From Camelus ferus (lineage: Eukaryota), in contig NC_045696.1 in NCBI RefSeq assembly GCF_009834535.1, forward strand, positions 107,882,001 to 107,946,000: a stretch of 64,000 bases of DNA, given 5' to 3'. The notes below the pieces were generated by a model, which saw nothing but the letters and a program-made list of their open reading frames with translations, ran no database searches and had not been told where the DNA came from. This document shows, in pieces, positions 40,167-54,500 of this stretch (position 1 is the first letter of the stretch; each line of letters opens with the position of its first letter). The position numbers and the translations under genes are program-made.

Positions 40167-40329
40167 TTTTTTTAAATTTATTTTTTATCTTTTGTGGGGG
40201 GAGCTTTTATCTTTTGTGGGAGGTAATTAGGTTTACTTACTTACTTATTTTTAGAGGTGGTACTGGGGATTGAACCCAGAACCCTGTGGATGCTAAGCAA
40301 GCACTCTACCACTTGAGCTATACCCTCTT
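40167..40329 (-). mobile_element. tRNA-derived SINE (camelid type)
   Basis: Reverse of gagggtatagctcaagtggtagagtgcttgcttagcatcc...ggttcaatccccagtacc; TSD AGTTGG(C/T)ATTTCTT on both sides. Confidence 0.88.
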
Positions 40330-40829
40330 GCCAAGTTGGTATTTCTTATCCCACCCTCCTTACTACCTTATGTGACACTAATTAGCTTGGATTTAGACAG
40401 CTTTCTTGCCCCTCACAGTTCAAGAACTCACACTACTGATCTCCATCATGCATTATGGCAGGCCTAGCTCCTTGGACTCATTTTCAAGACTTTTAACATC
40501 TGTTCCCATCCACCTGTAATCTTATTTTCTGCTACTGCCCTGAACCAACATTTTGCTTCTATCAATCCAGTCTTCTTAAAGACGGCCAACACATAGTGCT
40601 TGTCTAGATTGTACAACCTCCTCTACACTTGGAAATCATTCCATCATCTTCTCTTTCCTTACTATCTAAGAGAGAGAAAAAGACAACCATTATTACTGTT
40701 CTTGATCTCATCCTTTCTAACCCTGCCACATGCAGATCACTCTCTCTTGTCATTAAGTGGACAGAGTTTAATTATTCTCTTACTCTAAAAAAAAAAAGGG
40801 CTTTAAAATCATGTAAGTTGCTTTCAAAA

Positions 40830-41600
40830 AGGTTCAATCAATGTACTCACTCAGTCAATAAATACTGAGTGCCTACTATGTGCCTACTACTTGCTGAGTG
40901 TTAGGGATACAGCAGTCCTATGGAACTGTCCTTATGGAACTGACAATCCAGTTGGAAAAAGAAAAACACATATATGAACATATAACTTAGATGGTGATAT
41001 GTGCTATAGAGAAAAATGAAGCAGAGAAAGTGTCCAGAAAGGATGAGAGGGTGCTGTGTTACAAAGAGCAGTCAGGGAAGACCTCATCGACCTCTGATCA
41101 AAGACGTGAAAGGAGAGGGAGCAGGCTGAAGAGGTATTTTGAGCTAAGTCATCTCAGGCACAGTAACCATAAGCACAAAGGCCCTGGGTGGGAGCATGCT
41201 TGATTTACTACAAGAATGACAAGGCTAAAGTGACTGAAGCAGGAAAAAGCAAGGGGGCAGCGTGGAAGACGAGGTCAGAAAGGAAATGTAGGAGTCTAAA
41301 TCATGCAGGGTCTGTAGACTATTATGAAGAATTTGGCTTTAGTCTGAGTTGGGAAACAATTGATGTCTACTGAGCAGAGCAATGATGTGATCAGACTTAC
41401 ATTTCAAATTGGCAATTGTGCTTCTGTGTTCAGAGGAGACCGTAGAGGAGCAAGGTAAGAAGCTGGGAGACAAGTTAGGGGCTACGGCACAAAATCAGGC
41501 AAGAAGGCTGGGGGGCTTGAACCCGGAGAAGAACAGTGAAGATATCTGGATGATGTATATATTTCAAACACAGAGCCAGTGTGAGTTGCTGAACAACAGA
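40830..41600 (-). mobile_element. L2 3' region
   Basis: tcagtcaataaatactgagtgcctactatgtgcc...gagcagagcaatgatgtgatcagacttacattt. Confidence 0.7.
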
Positions 41601-43277
41601 ATGTGCAATAAATTCTACTGCATCGAGAATGGTGGGCTAAGGCAAGGATAGGAAAGGGATGACGACAGCAATGAAGGAGAGTATCAGTTTAACTCCACCA
41701 ACAATCGCATTGGTGTTTTAACAATAAAAACCTTTACCCATTTAATAATGAGAAACAGAACTTCACTGTTTTCATTATTACTTCTTCAACCCTAAAAAAT
41801 TCTATTTATTTTGCTAATTTCTTATATTTCTTCTCTGGTAAATTGTCTATTGCATCATTTACTCATTTAGGTATTAGAGACTTAGTGAATAAAAATACAA
41901 TTAATACAATTAATTCATGAAGAACATTTTCTTTTTTTTCCCCACAAAATATTTATTTAGAGCCTGCCATGAGGCAGGTAATAATGTTGAAGAACCTGTC
42001 CTTTTGATGAATTCTTACAATGGTTAGAGTATTCTTGTCTCCTTTTGAGCCAATGATTAGTACTCTCATTATGACAGTCCTACACTATCATAATTACTGT
42101 TGTCTTACTAAGTTTTACTACCTGTTTCTTTCTCATATCCCTAATTATGATTCTTTTTTATGCTCCAAATGTTCTTTGATGGTCTTCCAAATGAATTTTT
42201 GTATTGCCCAGTTTTAAGAAAAATACTACTGGAATCTGATTATAATTGTAATATACTTATGAATTACTTTGAAGGAACAATGATATCATTACAAAATTCA
42301 GATTTTCTACCCACAAAGATATAAATCTTAATTTCAATATTCCTTTATTTCTCTCTGTGGTATTCTTCAGGTATGTCACTCTGTTCTTTTTGTCCTTCAA
42401 TGTCTCAACTTTGCTGCTATGTGAATGGATCTTGAGCTATTGTTTCATCTTCTACTTCTCCACATTCAAATTACAGATGGTGGCTCATACAAAACTATAA
42501 AGCCAGATAGCATGCAGGATGGATGAAGCTGAACTGGGAAGAAATGCCATAGTAAAGGAAGTGCCTGGTAATTTTTAAGTGAAAATACAAAGATGCCAAA
42601 GAGGAATAAGTGTTATGGGACAAAAGGCTAGAACATGGCAACGGAAGGAATTACCTTTTCAAAAGATGCACATCTGGAAGACAGGGAAGAAATAGCACCA
42701 AACATGAAAAACTATGCATCTTTTCAGAAATATAAGCTTTTGAAAGAGATTTGGGGTAAGGATAAAAGGGAAGGAAAACAAAGAATACTGTTAAGTATTT
42801 TAGAATAACCATATGAGAACTACTTAGGACTATATCCTAATACAGGTGACAAAACTGGTTCAGAATCAAAACACGTAAGTGTTGGAAAATTTAAATATCC
42901 AGACACCTATTAAAACATATGTCAGATAAATTCCTAAGCTTATACAAAGACTATTTTATTTTTCTAAAATTTGAGAAATTAAAGAGAAATATTTCTCTAG
43001 GCTTGAAAATAATCAAAACAATCAGTTGATAAGGTAACATGGCAGAAAATACAAGAAAGTATTCATGTGATATTAGAATTTGAAAGAGTCAAGGAGGAGC
43101 GAACACTGGCCAAGGTCAGACGTATACTTTTATACCAGTGCTGTCCAACAAAATGTTCTGCATTGACAGAAAGAGTCCATATCTGCACTATCTGATATAG
43201 CTGCCATTAGCCACATGGCAGCATTTTAAACGTGGTTAGTGTAACTGAAGTACTGAATTTAAAACATTTTAGTTTTG

Positions 43278-44001
43278 CAGTTTTTTTTAACTGAAGTCAG
43301 TCAGTTTGCAATTTTCTGTCAATTCCTGGTGTATAGAAAAGTGTTTCAGTCATACATGTACATACATATATTCCTTTTTATATTCTTTTTTATTATAGGC
43401 TATTACAAAGAATTGAATATAGTTTCCTGTGCTATACAGGACTTTGTTGTTTATCTATTTTATATATAGTAGTTTGTATCTGCACATTTTGAACTCCTAA
43501 TTTATCCCTTCCCAGCCCATTCCCCACTGGTAACCGTAAGTTTGTTTTCTATGTCTGTGAGTCTATTCCTGTTTTGTAAATAAGTCCATTTTTTTTTTTG
43601 GTTCCACAGATAAGTGACATCATTTGATATTTGTCTTTCTCTGTCTGACTTACTTCATTTAATATGATAATCTCTAGATCCAACCATGTTGCTACAAATG
43701 GCATTATTTCATTCTTTTATATGGCTGAGTAGTATTCCATTCTATACCACATCTTCTTTAACCAATCATCTGTTGATGGACATTTAGGTTGCTTCCATGT
43801 CTTGGCTATTGTAAATAATGCTGTTATGAACATTGGGGTGCATATATCTTTTTGAATTAGAGTTCACTCTGGATAGATGTCCAGGAGTGGGATTGCTGGA
43901 TCACATGGTAAGTCTATTTTTCATTTTTTAAGGAACCTCCATACTGTTTTCCTTAATGGCTGCACTAATTTACATTCCCACCAACAGTGCAGGAGGGTTC
44001 C
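43278..44001 (-). mobile_element. Younger L1 3' fragment
   Basis: Same family as 13911-14534; TSD TTTTAGTTTTG at 43267-43277 and 44002-44012. Confidence 0.85.
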
Positions 44002-44965
44002 TTTTAGTTTTGAAAATATTTTAGACTCACATAGAAGTTTAAAAATAGTGCAGAGAATTCCCATGTACCAGTTTCCCAGTTTCCTCCAATGGTAACTTCC
44101 TACATCACCCCAGTACAATGATCAAAACAAGGAAAATGACACTGGTACTGTTAATTGAACTACTGACCTTATTTGGATTTTACCAGCTGTACATGCATTC
44201 ACTCCTTCCTTTCTTTCCTTCCTCCCTTCCTTTTATAGTAACTATCACCACAATCAGGATACAGAACTATCCTGCTAGTCCTCAAAACTCCCTCATACTA
44301 CTCTTTTGTCATCATCCAGTCAACAGACCACTGATCTGTTCTCCATCACTATGATTTTGTCATTTCAAGAATATTTTATGTATGGAATCATACAGTATGT
44401 GAACTTTTGAGATGGGCTTCTCTTGCTGAACACAATGATTTTGAGGGTCATACACTACCATGTGTATCAACAGCTCATTCCTTTTTATTGCTGAGTAGTA
44501 GTCCATTGTGCAGATATATAGTTTGTTTGCCCATTCACTCATTAAAGGGTATTTATGTTGTTTCTAGTTTTTGGTTATTACAAATAAACTGCAGTGAATA
44601 TTAGTGTGTAGGGTTTTGTGTGAATGTAGTTGTCATTTCTCTAGGGTAAATAACTACAAGTCTGACTTTTGGGTTGTATGTTAGGTATATTTTTTTTTAT
44701 AAGAAACGGCCAGCTGTTTACCAGAGTGGCTATATCATTTTACATTCCCACCAGTAATACATGAGCAATACGGTTGATTCCACATCCTATTCAACATTTG
44801 CAATTATCAATATTTTCTATTTTAGCCATTTGAACAGTGTGCAGTGTTAATTCATTGGGGCTTTAACTTACATTTCCCTTATGGCTAATGATGTTGAACA
44901 TCTTTTCCTGTGCTTATTGACCAGCCCCATATCTTCCCTGGAGAAGTGCTGTTTAAATCTTCTGA
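44002..44965 (-). mobile_element. Older L1M 3' fragment
   Basis: ttttagactcacatagaagttt...tggaatcatacagtatgt...atggctaatgatgttgaacatc. Confidence 0.75.
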
Positions 44966-45534
44966 CTATTCTAATTAATTTTAACTTAAAAAGTCACGTT
45001 TGGCTAGAGGCCACCACGTTAAATAGTGTAGTTCATAACAGGAATGCTGCTTTCAGAAATTCTGAGACTTTAAAAGAAAATATGAAGGAAAAAAGGTATG
45101 GCAAAAATGGAGATTCATTGGTTTTAAAAATGAAATCTGATGACCTGGTCACAAGTAATCCAACTGAGAAAGAAAAGTAGTGGAAGAGTTAAAGAATTAA
45201 TTACAAATTTGGGTCTTTGAGTTAAGTTTTGAAGGGACATGAATTGCAGAGAGAGGGAACATACAGCAAAGCCAAATCCCAAAGGTTGGCACCTGTTTCC
45301 GTAAGTTTACAGTCTACAATGATCTGAGCTTTTCTTTAATGGGCCAAAGAAATGAAGACTACTTCCCTGATATTTGGTTCAGATATGTGGGTGTCAAATT
45401 CTGCCTTTTCATCTAGAACATAATTCAACTGAAAACCAATTGTCTGGCTGGAATCTTAGACATGGAATCTAATCCAACTATTCTCAATCAGAGATACAAT
45501 CTAACTCAGAACCAAGATGCTATCTTGTGCCTCT

Positions 45535-45745
45535 TGGTAAAAGCCAGGCTGCGTGGGTTTGATTTCCAACCTTGCCACTTACAGCTGTGTGGCCTTACAT
45601 AAGTTGGTTAACTTTTGTCAGCCCGTTGCATCTGCAAAATGGAGATAATGATACTCATCTCATGAGGATTAAGTTAATACGTTGAATGCTTAGAACAATG
45701 CCCAAGACACAGGAAATGCTCAATAACTGTTAGCTGTTATTGGTA
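45535..45745 (+). mobile_element. MIR
   Basis: gccacttacagctgtgtggcctt...catctgcaaaatggagataat...gctcaataactgttagctgttatt. Confidence 0.7.
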
Positions 45746-46389
45746 CAACTCACTCATCAAACATTTTCTACTCTGAGCCTGACCCTGGTGGGATGATGCT
45801 GAATAATTTATGGTGATGGCCCTCAGCACACTTACTGTTTAACGAGGGCAACAAAAGAAGCAAGCACAATGGGTATCAGGAGCACTAGGGTAGGGCTTCT
45901 GTTTCCCCCATTTTGCTCTCACAATTAATACATATTCTTATCAGAAAAGTTAGAAAATATTTGTAAGTAAAAAAAATTTTTTCATTACCCATATCACCAT
46001 TCAGAAATAACTACTGTTAATATTTTTATGAACATCCTGATATTTTCTTATGAAAATGTTTTACCCAAAAGAAAAAGTTATTTTCTTAGAATATATTCCA
46101 AGTAGTAGAATGCTGAGTCAAAAGGAGTGTGTGTGTATGCATATACTTTTTAAAGGTTCTTAGATATATAGATATATACATTCATTTTCTACCCTCCAGA
46201 AAAATGACAAATTTATACTTCTAATATCAGTGTAAGAATGGGCCCATTTCCCCATGTTTTCCTTGCTAATTTGGTAGATGAACAAATGAAATACATTGTT
46301 TTAATCTGCCCTGAACATCTTTTTATTTACCTAGTAGACAGTTTGTGTTATTCATTTGTAAAATCTTTCTTTGTGCCCTTTGTCAATTT

Positions 46390-47400
46390 AGAGCATCTAA
46401 ATCAGACTGGAGTCAGGAAAGACTTCCGAAAGTAAGAGATGTATGTTTTGAAGGATTGATGAGAATTAGTTAGACAAAAAGGAAGGGAGCAATATTCTAG
46501 GCAGGGGAAAACGTACCTGAAGGCTCAGAGGCCTATCATGGCACAGTGAGTTCAGAACAACAAGTAGTTCTGGCTGATTTCACGAGGGGAGTGTACAGAC
46601 AAGCAAGAGGGAAGGAAACCAGAGAGCAGCAGGAAGTGGACCACAGGCTGTCTTGTGTGCTAACCTAAGCAGTCTGAACTTTATTCTGTAAACTGTGGGA
46701 AAATAAACAAGGACTTTTAGGGTGTGGAGTGACATGATGAATTTATGTATGAAAAGATCACTGTAGCAGCTGAATAGAGGCATAGAAATCAATTAGAAGG
46801 CTACTGTAATAATCTGTGTGAGAAGCGGTGAGACCCTAAATCAAGGAGGTGGCAGCAGTTAACAAAGAGGAGGGCACTGATTAGAGAGAAAGAATTCACA
46901 GAGGAGGAAGAGGGGAAAGTGAGAGGGAGGAATCTTGGGTTTCTGGCTTGGGTATTGGGGGACTAATGCTGTCACTCCCAATGCAGACTTTTTGTTTCTG
47001 TTTTATGGGAAGTGGCCATAGAAAAGATAAAGAGTTTTATTCTGAATGTGTGTTTGAAGAAGTCCCTGTGGAACAACCAAGTGGAGATGACGGGATGAAA
47101 TATGAATATAAAAACCTGGACGTCAGCAGGCAGATCTGGGTTAGGGATGCAGTCCTGAGAGGTCACTCAGGGTGAGTGCATAAAGTGAGAAGAGCTCTGG
47201 GCTGAGGATCACTGACATTCCTGGCTAAAGAGAAAAGCAGAAGTTTTAGAGGCAGCCTAAGAAGCAGTTTCAAAGATGCTGAAGGAGAAACTTTGAAAAC
47301 AGGGTTACTGGCATTGGATGCTGCAGAGAGGTTAAAAAAAAACAAAAATTACCCACTGGACTTGCTAACATGAAGGTCACTGGTAACCTTAGCAATGGTG
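46390..47400 (-). mobile_element. L2 fragment
   Basis: gagtgacatgatgaattt...aaaagatcactgtagcagc...attagaaggctactgtaataatc. Confidence 0.65.
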
Positions 47401-48894
47401 ATCTCAAAAAAAGTCCTAAAGACTATGGGATAGTCCCAAAGACCATGTGTGCACAAGTGTCATGTATAATTAAAAATATCTGTCAACATTAGTCTAAGAG
47501 AACTCTTCCAATAAGTCAAAAAGTACTAAATGATAAGAATAAGAGGGCATTGTATCATAGTTTGAATTCTTTCTTTCTCAATGGCACATGAATTAATGTG
47601 TTTTATGATCTTCAATGTGATGAAATATCAGTCTAAACATGTTACAGCAGGGGTAGAAGGCAGAATATAGAAGATTCCTTGGGAAATTAGAGAAATTATT
47701 TTGAGTGTTTACATTTGTTCCTCCTCAGGTCTTGTTTCACGCTGCCTGCCCACATCCCCCAAGCATTCTGTCTCTCCTGGTTCTTTCATCCCTGCAAAGG
47801 GCCAGAGTCTGGTTTCCCAATTTCTATCTAAGTGGTTCATATGCAACTTCAGAGCTCATTCAACACCATCACTTCTGCTTTAAGCAGTGTATGATTACTC
47901 TAACAAGTACTCTCCACTGGCTCCTGGTATTCCTCCAGAGTAAACTGTTATATGGCCAGTCCTAATGAAGTGGACCTGTTGTGAAACAAAAGTACAGAGG
48001 CAGCTGACAAGAAAAGTTAGGAGGGAGAACTGGATTTTGAAAGACAAAAGCCTTACCAGGTGAAGAAGGGATTAAACTGGACCTTCTAAGAAAAAATAAA
48101 TTCTACAAAGGCACAGAGATATGAAAAAACCTTGCATGTTTGAAGAATTATAAGGAGTTTGGTATTGCTGACGTTGAAAATGTACAGTATGGGTTTTACA
48201 GTTTCAGGGTCTCCTCCAAAAAGTAAGAACAAAAGTAAGAATGTAAACTCCATCTTCAAAGAAGTGAGAAGACACCTGTGACCCCAAATCAATGTATATA
48301 TATATAAAGACAGGAAACAGAATGGTAAGTGACTTTGCACAGTAGAGGAGGAAGGGATATTAATGGCAAACAAACCAATTCCCCCTGCACAGCCCCCAAA
48401 AGGCTCAGGTTTGGAGATATCAGATACCACAGAAAATGAGCTTGGGTAGAGGACTGAACACAGGGATTATTTGAAAGTCTGCAAAGAATAGTTAGAGTCC
48501 TCCCCACCCCTACTCCACAAACTCAGAAAATCGTCCCTCCTTCATGCTGCTGATGACAGAAATCTTATCTGCTGGTGAAAAAAAAAAAAAAAAAAACTGA
48601 ACCAAAAAAGCACCAACTCCAGGACCATAACACAAAGTGGGTGATAAAGGACTTAAAGCTGAGTAAAATTCTACTTTCCAAATAATCAGCCCACCAGCTC
48701 CCTTTCCCCTGCCCAAGTCCAGGTTGCCAGAAACTAGGCTTATTACCTTCAGCTCCCAGCCCCCACTCTGGATTATAGAATCCTTTTTTGAAGATTAGAA
48801 ATCCCACCTAACCACATGATCTCCTTACAGTGAAGCCCACTAACGGACAATGCTACCTACAATCAGAGAGCTTCCTTTCAGCTTTTCAGAGCCT

Positions 48895-51050
48895 CACTTT
48901 TATTTTAAATCAGTTTTATTGGTGTATAGTTTACACACAATAAATATGTTCATATTAAATGTACAGTTCAATGAACTGAAACAAGAACCACTGCCCTAAA
49001 AAGGAAAGAACATTTACATTGCTCCAAAACTATTCCTGTGCCCTTTCCCAATCAATTCTCCTAGCCTGCAATATTTTACAACCACTGACCAGAGTCCCAC
49101 CACCGTACACTAGCTTTGCCAGTTCTAGATCTGCACATGAATGTGACCATATGACATGTATACTTCTTAGTCTGGCTTCTCTCACTTCACACAATGGTTC
49201 TGAGATTCGTCCACATTACTGAATGCATCAGTTGTATACACCTATTTACTGCTTAGCAGATATTCTACTATATAATAAATATACCCAAATTTGTCTTATC
49301 TGTTCAGTTAATGGACATTTGGGTTGTTTCTAGTTTGGACTGCTATGAATTAAAACTGTTATGAACCTTCAAGTAAAAGCCTTTTTGTGGATATATGTTT
49401 ATATCTTTTGGGTAATTAACAATAGAATTACTGAATTGTGAGAAGTGTACATTAACTTTATAAAAGCCTGTAAAACTGTTTTCCAAAGTGGTTCTACCAT
49501 TTTACAGTCTTATCAGCAACACCTGAGAGCTCTAGTGGTTCTACAGTCTTTTGGAGACTTGTCCGTTTTCTTAATTTTAGCCATTTTAGTGAGTGTGAAG
49601 TGGTACCCACTGTGGCTTTAATCTGCATTTCCCTGACAACTAATGATGTTGAGCATTTTTTGTATGCTCATTAGCAATTCATATATATCTTCTTTTGTGA
49701 AGTTTCTATTCAAATCTTTTGGCTGTCTCTTATTACTGAGTTCTAAAAGTTCATTTATATATTGTAGATATAGACATTATCTCTTGGTCTATGGGTTCCC
49801 TTTCCATTTTCTTAGCAGTAGCTTTCAAAGAGTAGGAGGTTTTAATTCTAATTTTTATTAACCCAATTAATCCAATTTTCTTTTACAGTTAATAATACAT
49901 TTGCCAGTCTTAAGATCTTTGCCTATCTTAAGAACATAAACATTTTCTCTTAAAGTTTTTTTGGTTTTATGTTTTATGATATCAAGGTTTATGTTCCATT
50001 TTGAATTCATTTTTACATATATTATGAGGCTAAGTTTGAATATCATCCAGCACCACTTATTCAAAAGACTGTCTTGTTCCCACTGAACTATGTTGGAGCC
50101 TTTGCTGAAAAACAAATGATAATATATATGGATTTATTTCTGGAGTCTCTATTCTTTTGTCTTTAATATTCACCAATACCATTCTGTCTTAATTATTGTA
50201 GAATTAGATTAAATCTTAAAATAATAATGTAAATCTTCCATTTTTTTTCTTTTTCAGAATTGTTATGGCTATTCTATGTTCTCTGCACTTTATAACAATA
50301 CTGGAATCATCTTGCCAACTTTCACAAAGATAACCTGCTAGAATTTTGATTGGAAAATAAAATTTCATTGAATCTAAATTTCCATTTGGTGACAATGGAG
50401 ATCTTAAGAATATCAAGTCTCCAATCATTATAATCCATGAACATAGTATATCTCACTGTTTAGATGCTTTTTAGTTTCTCTCAGCAATGTCTGTAGGCCT
50501 TTCATTAAATTTGCTTGCAAGTATTTCATGTTTTTTGATGCTAACACAAATGGTACTATTATTTTAATTTCATTTTCCATTGTGTCTGTTTGCTGGTATA
50601 GAGAAATACAATTGATTTATGTATATTGATCTTGTCAACTTGCCCCTTGATTGTATTATTTATAGCATTTTGGGGGTAAATTTCTTGGGATTTTCTATAT
50701 AGATAATCATGTTGTCTGAGACTAGAGAATTTTACTTTTTCCTTTCTAACATTTACTGCCTTCCTGACAACTGCACTGGTTAGAATATCCAGAACAGTAC
50801 TGAATAGAAGTTGTGAGTTCAGAAATCTTTGCCCTGTACTGGATTTTAGGGAAAAGTATTCAGTCTTTCACCATTAAATATGGTGATAGCTGCTGTGGTA
50901 GATACCCTTTATCAGACTAAGAAAGTTCTCTTCTATTTCTAGTTTGTTGTGAGTTCTAAAAAATTTCATATGGTGGTAGAATTCTGTTAAATATTTTGTC
51001 TGCACCTGTTGACATAATCACAAAATTTTTACCCTTAATTTTGATAATGT
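48895..51050 (-). mobile_element. Old L1 (3'UTR and decayed ORF2)
   Basis: cagttttattggtgtatagtttac; degenerate ORF2 peptide QWEQDSLLNKWCW in ORF 49867-50115. Confidence 0.8.
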
Positions 51051-51550
51051 GATGGAATAGGGGTGAGAGAACTGAAATTCATATTAGGAAGACAAAGCAT
51101 AATGTTTTAAATTAATGAACGATTAATCTGTAATATATATGCATTTATAAATATGGAGTTGAATAATGGAAAAAATGCTAAGAAAAAATTGGCAGTGATT
51201 GTCTCTGAGAAGCAAGCCTCGTTGGAAGGGGAAATTGACCTTTTTAAAAGGTCTTTTAAGTTGTACCACTTTAAACATAAGAATATATAATATTTGATAA
51301 CAGATTTTAAAAACTAAAAATGAGTTCTAGGGAGATGTGAGGATGAGGCTGGGGCTCATTACTGTGTGTTAAGGTTGAGAAGCAATGGTGTAGGAGAGAC
51401 CAATTAGCTTCAGGCCTGAGTTGTTTCGTTTTGGCAGGGCATCCAAGAGGAGACATTTCCCATTCAGGTGAATATACTTGACAATGAAGAGATGGGAGTT
51501 GACAATAAAGATTTGGGAGTAAGCACCAGATAAAGGGTTTAAAGCCACAA

Positions 51551-54500
51551 GACTGGAGATCGGCCAAGACGGCGGACTAGAAAGACCCCCAGCTCACCTC
51601 CCTCATGAACGCACAAAAACCACATCTGTAGAACAACCATCTATGAAAAAGACTGAAACCTACTAGAAAATATCTTCTACAACTAAAGACATAAAGAAGG
51701 AAGCACAGTGAGACAGGTAGGAGGCGGGTAGACTTATGATATAATCAACTCCTATACCCTTGGATGGACAACCCACAAATGGGAGAATTATAGTGCAGAG
51801 GTCCTTCCACAGGAGTGAGAGTTCTGAGCCCCACATAGGGCTCCCCAGGGGTCCTGCACCAGGAAGAGGAGCCCCCAGAGCATTTGGTTTTGAAGGCCAG
51901 CAGGGTTTCACATCAGGAGTCCGAACAGACTATGGGAAATAGAGACTTTACTCTTAAAAGGCACACACAAAATCTCACACACACTGGGAGCTGGGGCCAA
52001 AATAGTAATTTGATAGGAGCCTAGGCCAGACTTACCTGCTGGTCTTGGAGAGTCTCTTGGAGAGGTGGGAGGTGACTGCAGCTCACCCTGGGGACACAGA
52101 CACTAGCAGCAGCCATATCTGGGAGCTCTGTTCTACAGGATGAACACTATCAGCTGCTGGTAAGTGTCACTGTGTGAGATCTTTCCTCAAGCTCATTAGC
52201 ACCAAGTCTTGGCCCTATCCAACAGCCTGGGGATGCCAGTGCTGGGACACCTCAGGCCAAAGAACTATTTAGGTGGGGACACAGCCCCACCCATTAGCAG
52301 AAAGGCTACTTAAAGACTTCCTGATACCACAGCTGCCTCTAAACACGGCCCTGCCCATCAGAGGGCAAAGACCCAGCTCCTCCCACCAGTGAGCAGGTAC
52401 TGATCCTGCCCTCCAGGAAGCTTGCACTAGCCTCTAGACCAGCCTCACCCCACAGGGGGCAGATACCAGAGGTAAGAAAACCACAGTCTCATAACCTGTG
52501 TATGCAGCCTGTCTACAGCAGGCCAGACTCTACCCTGGAACCACCTGGGCCTCAGCTCTGCCCACTAGCAGGCCAACACAAGTTTTGGGATCACCTGGAC
52601 CCCATTCTAAACTGTCAGCAATGTCCCTCCCCCATCCACCACAATCTTATACTGGCTCTGGGATCCCTGGATCCTGCAGCTAGACTCTTTCCACCAGTGA
52701 GCCAGCACTAGTGGGGGTTCTGCAGTCAATAGCCTTGTGACCAGACCCTGCTAACCAGCAGCATCTGCACAAGGCTGGCCTGGCAACCAACTGGGAAAGA
52801 GACCAACCAAGCTTATTAGACAGCCCACATAGTCAGCACACCACAACAGAAGGGTTGTATGCCCATGTAGCCCTCATAGGGGGAATCCTTAGAGCATACA
52901 GCTTGGGTGACAAGAAAGCAATGAATGCAGGGATGCATAGGACGTCTCCTACAGAAGGCTACTTCTCCAAGGTCTATAAATATAACTAACCACCTACATA
53001 CATAAAAATACCAATAGCAACTTAGAAAAAACGAGGCAGTAGACGAACATGTAGATGAAGGAATAAGATGAAACCCCAGAAGAAGAACTGAGTGAAGTGA
53101 AGGTATGCAACCTACTCAAGAAAAGGTTTAGATGATGAAATAACTTGGGAGAAGAATGAACGCACAGAGTGAGAAGTTAGAAGTTTTCAAAAAAGAGTTG
53201 GAAAATATAAAGCACAACCAAACAAAGATGAAGAATACAATAACTGAAGAAAAAAATACACTACAAGGACTCAAGAGTAGACTAAATAATACAGAGAAAT
53301 GGATCAGTGAGCTGGAAGACAGAGTACTGGAAAACACTGCCCCTGACAGAAAATAGAATGGAAAGAAATGAAGACAGTTTAAGAGACCTCTGGGACAACA
53401 CATCACATGCACTAATATTCACAATATAGGGGTCCCAGAAGGAGAAAAGAGAGAAAAAAGGCCTAAAACATATTTGAAAATATAATAGCTAAAAGCTTTC
53501 CCTAACCTAGGAAAGGAAATAGCTACCCAAGTCCAAGAAATGCAGAGTCCCGTACAGGAAAAACCCAAAGAGGAACACACCAAGACACACTGTAATCAAA
53601 ATGACAGAAATTAAAGGTGAAGAGAAAATATTAAAAGCAACAAATAACATATAAGGGAAATCCCATAAGGCTATCAGTTGATTTTTCAGCAGAAACTCTG
53701 TAGACCAGAAGGGAGTGGCACAATATACTTACAGTGATGAAAGAGGAAAGCCTACGACCAAGAACTCTATCCAGCAAGGCTCTCCTTCAGATTTCATGGC
53801 AAGATCAAAAGCTTTACAGACAAGCAAAAGCTAAATGCATTTAGCACCATCACAAATGTTAAAGGAACTTCTCTAGGGGAAAAAAGAAAAGGCCACAACT
53901 AGAAACAAGAAAACTATGAAATGAAAAAGCTCACCAGAAAGGCAAACATATAGTAAAGGTAGGAAATCATCCATACACAAAGCTAGTAGCAAGGTTAAAA
54001 GACAAAAGTAGTAAAATCATCTATAGTCACAATAAGCAGTTAAAGGATACACAAAACAATTTGATGTAAAATATGACATCAAAACCAGTAATTGTGAGGG
54101 GAGGAGAGTACAAATGCAGGTTTTAAAAATGCATTTGAAATTAAGAGATCAGAAACTTAAAACAATCATGGATATATATAGGCTGTTATACAAAAATCTC
54201 ATGGTAACCACAAACCAAAAATCTATAATAGGAGGAGGGTATAGCTCCAGTGGTAGAGCACATGCTTAACATGCAGGAGGCCCTGAGTTCAATCCCTAGT
54301 ACCTCCTCTAAAAATAAATAAACCTAATTACTTCCCCCACTGCCAAAATAAAATAATTAAACAATACAATAATTTAAAAAATCTGTAATAGATAAACACA
54401 CAAAAAAGAAAAAGAAATCCAAACATAACACAAAAGATATGAACACAAGAAGAAAAGAAAAAAAGAACTACAAGAACAAACCCAAAACAATCAACAAAAT

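Larger units (their letters stand above)
43136..45031. mobile_element. MER3-like element split by nested L1s
   Basis: 5' half cagtgctgtccaac...tagccacatgg (43136-43260); 3' half aagtcacgtttggctagaggccacc (about 44970-45031). Confidence 0.65.
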
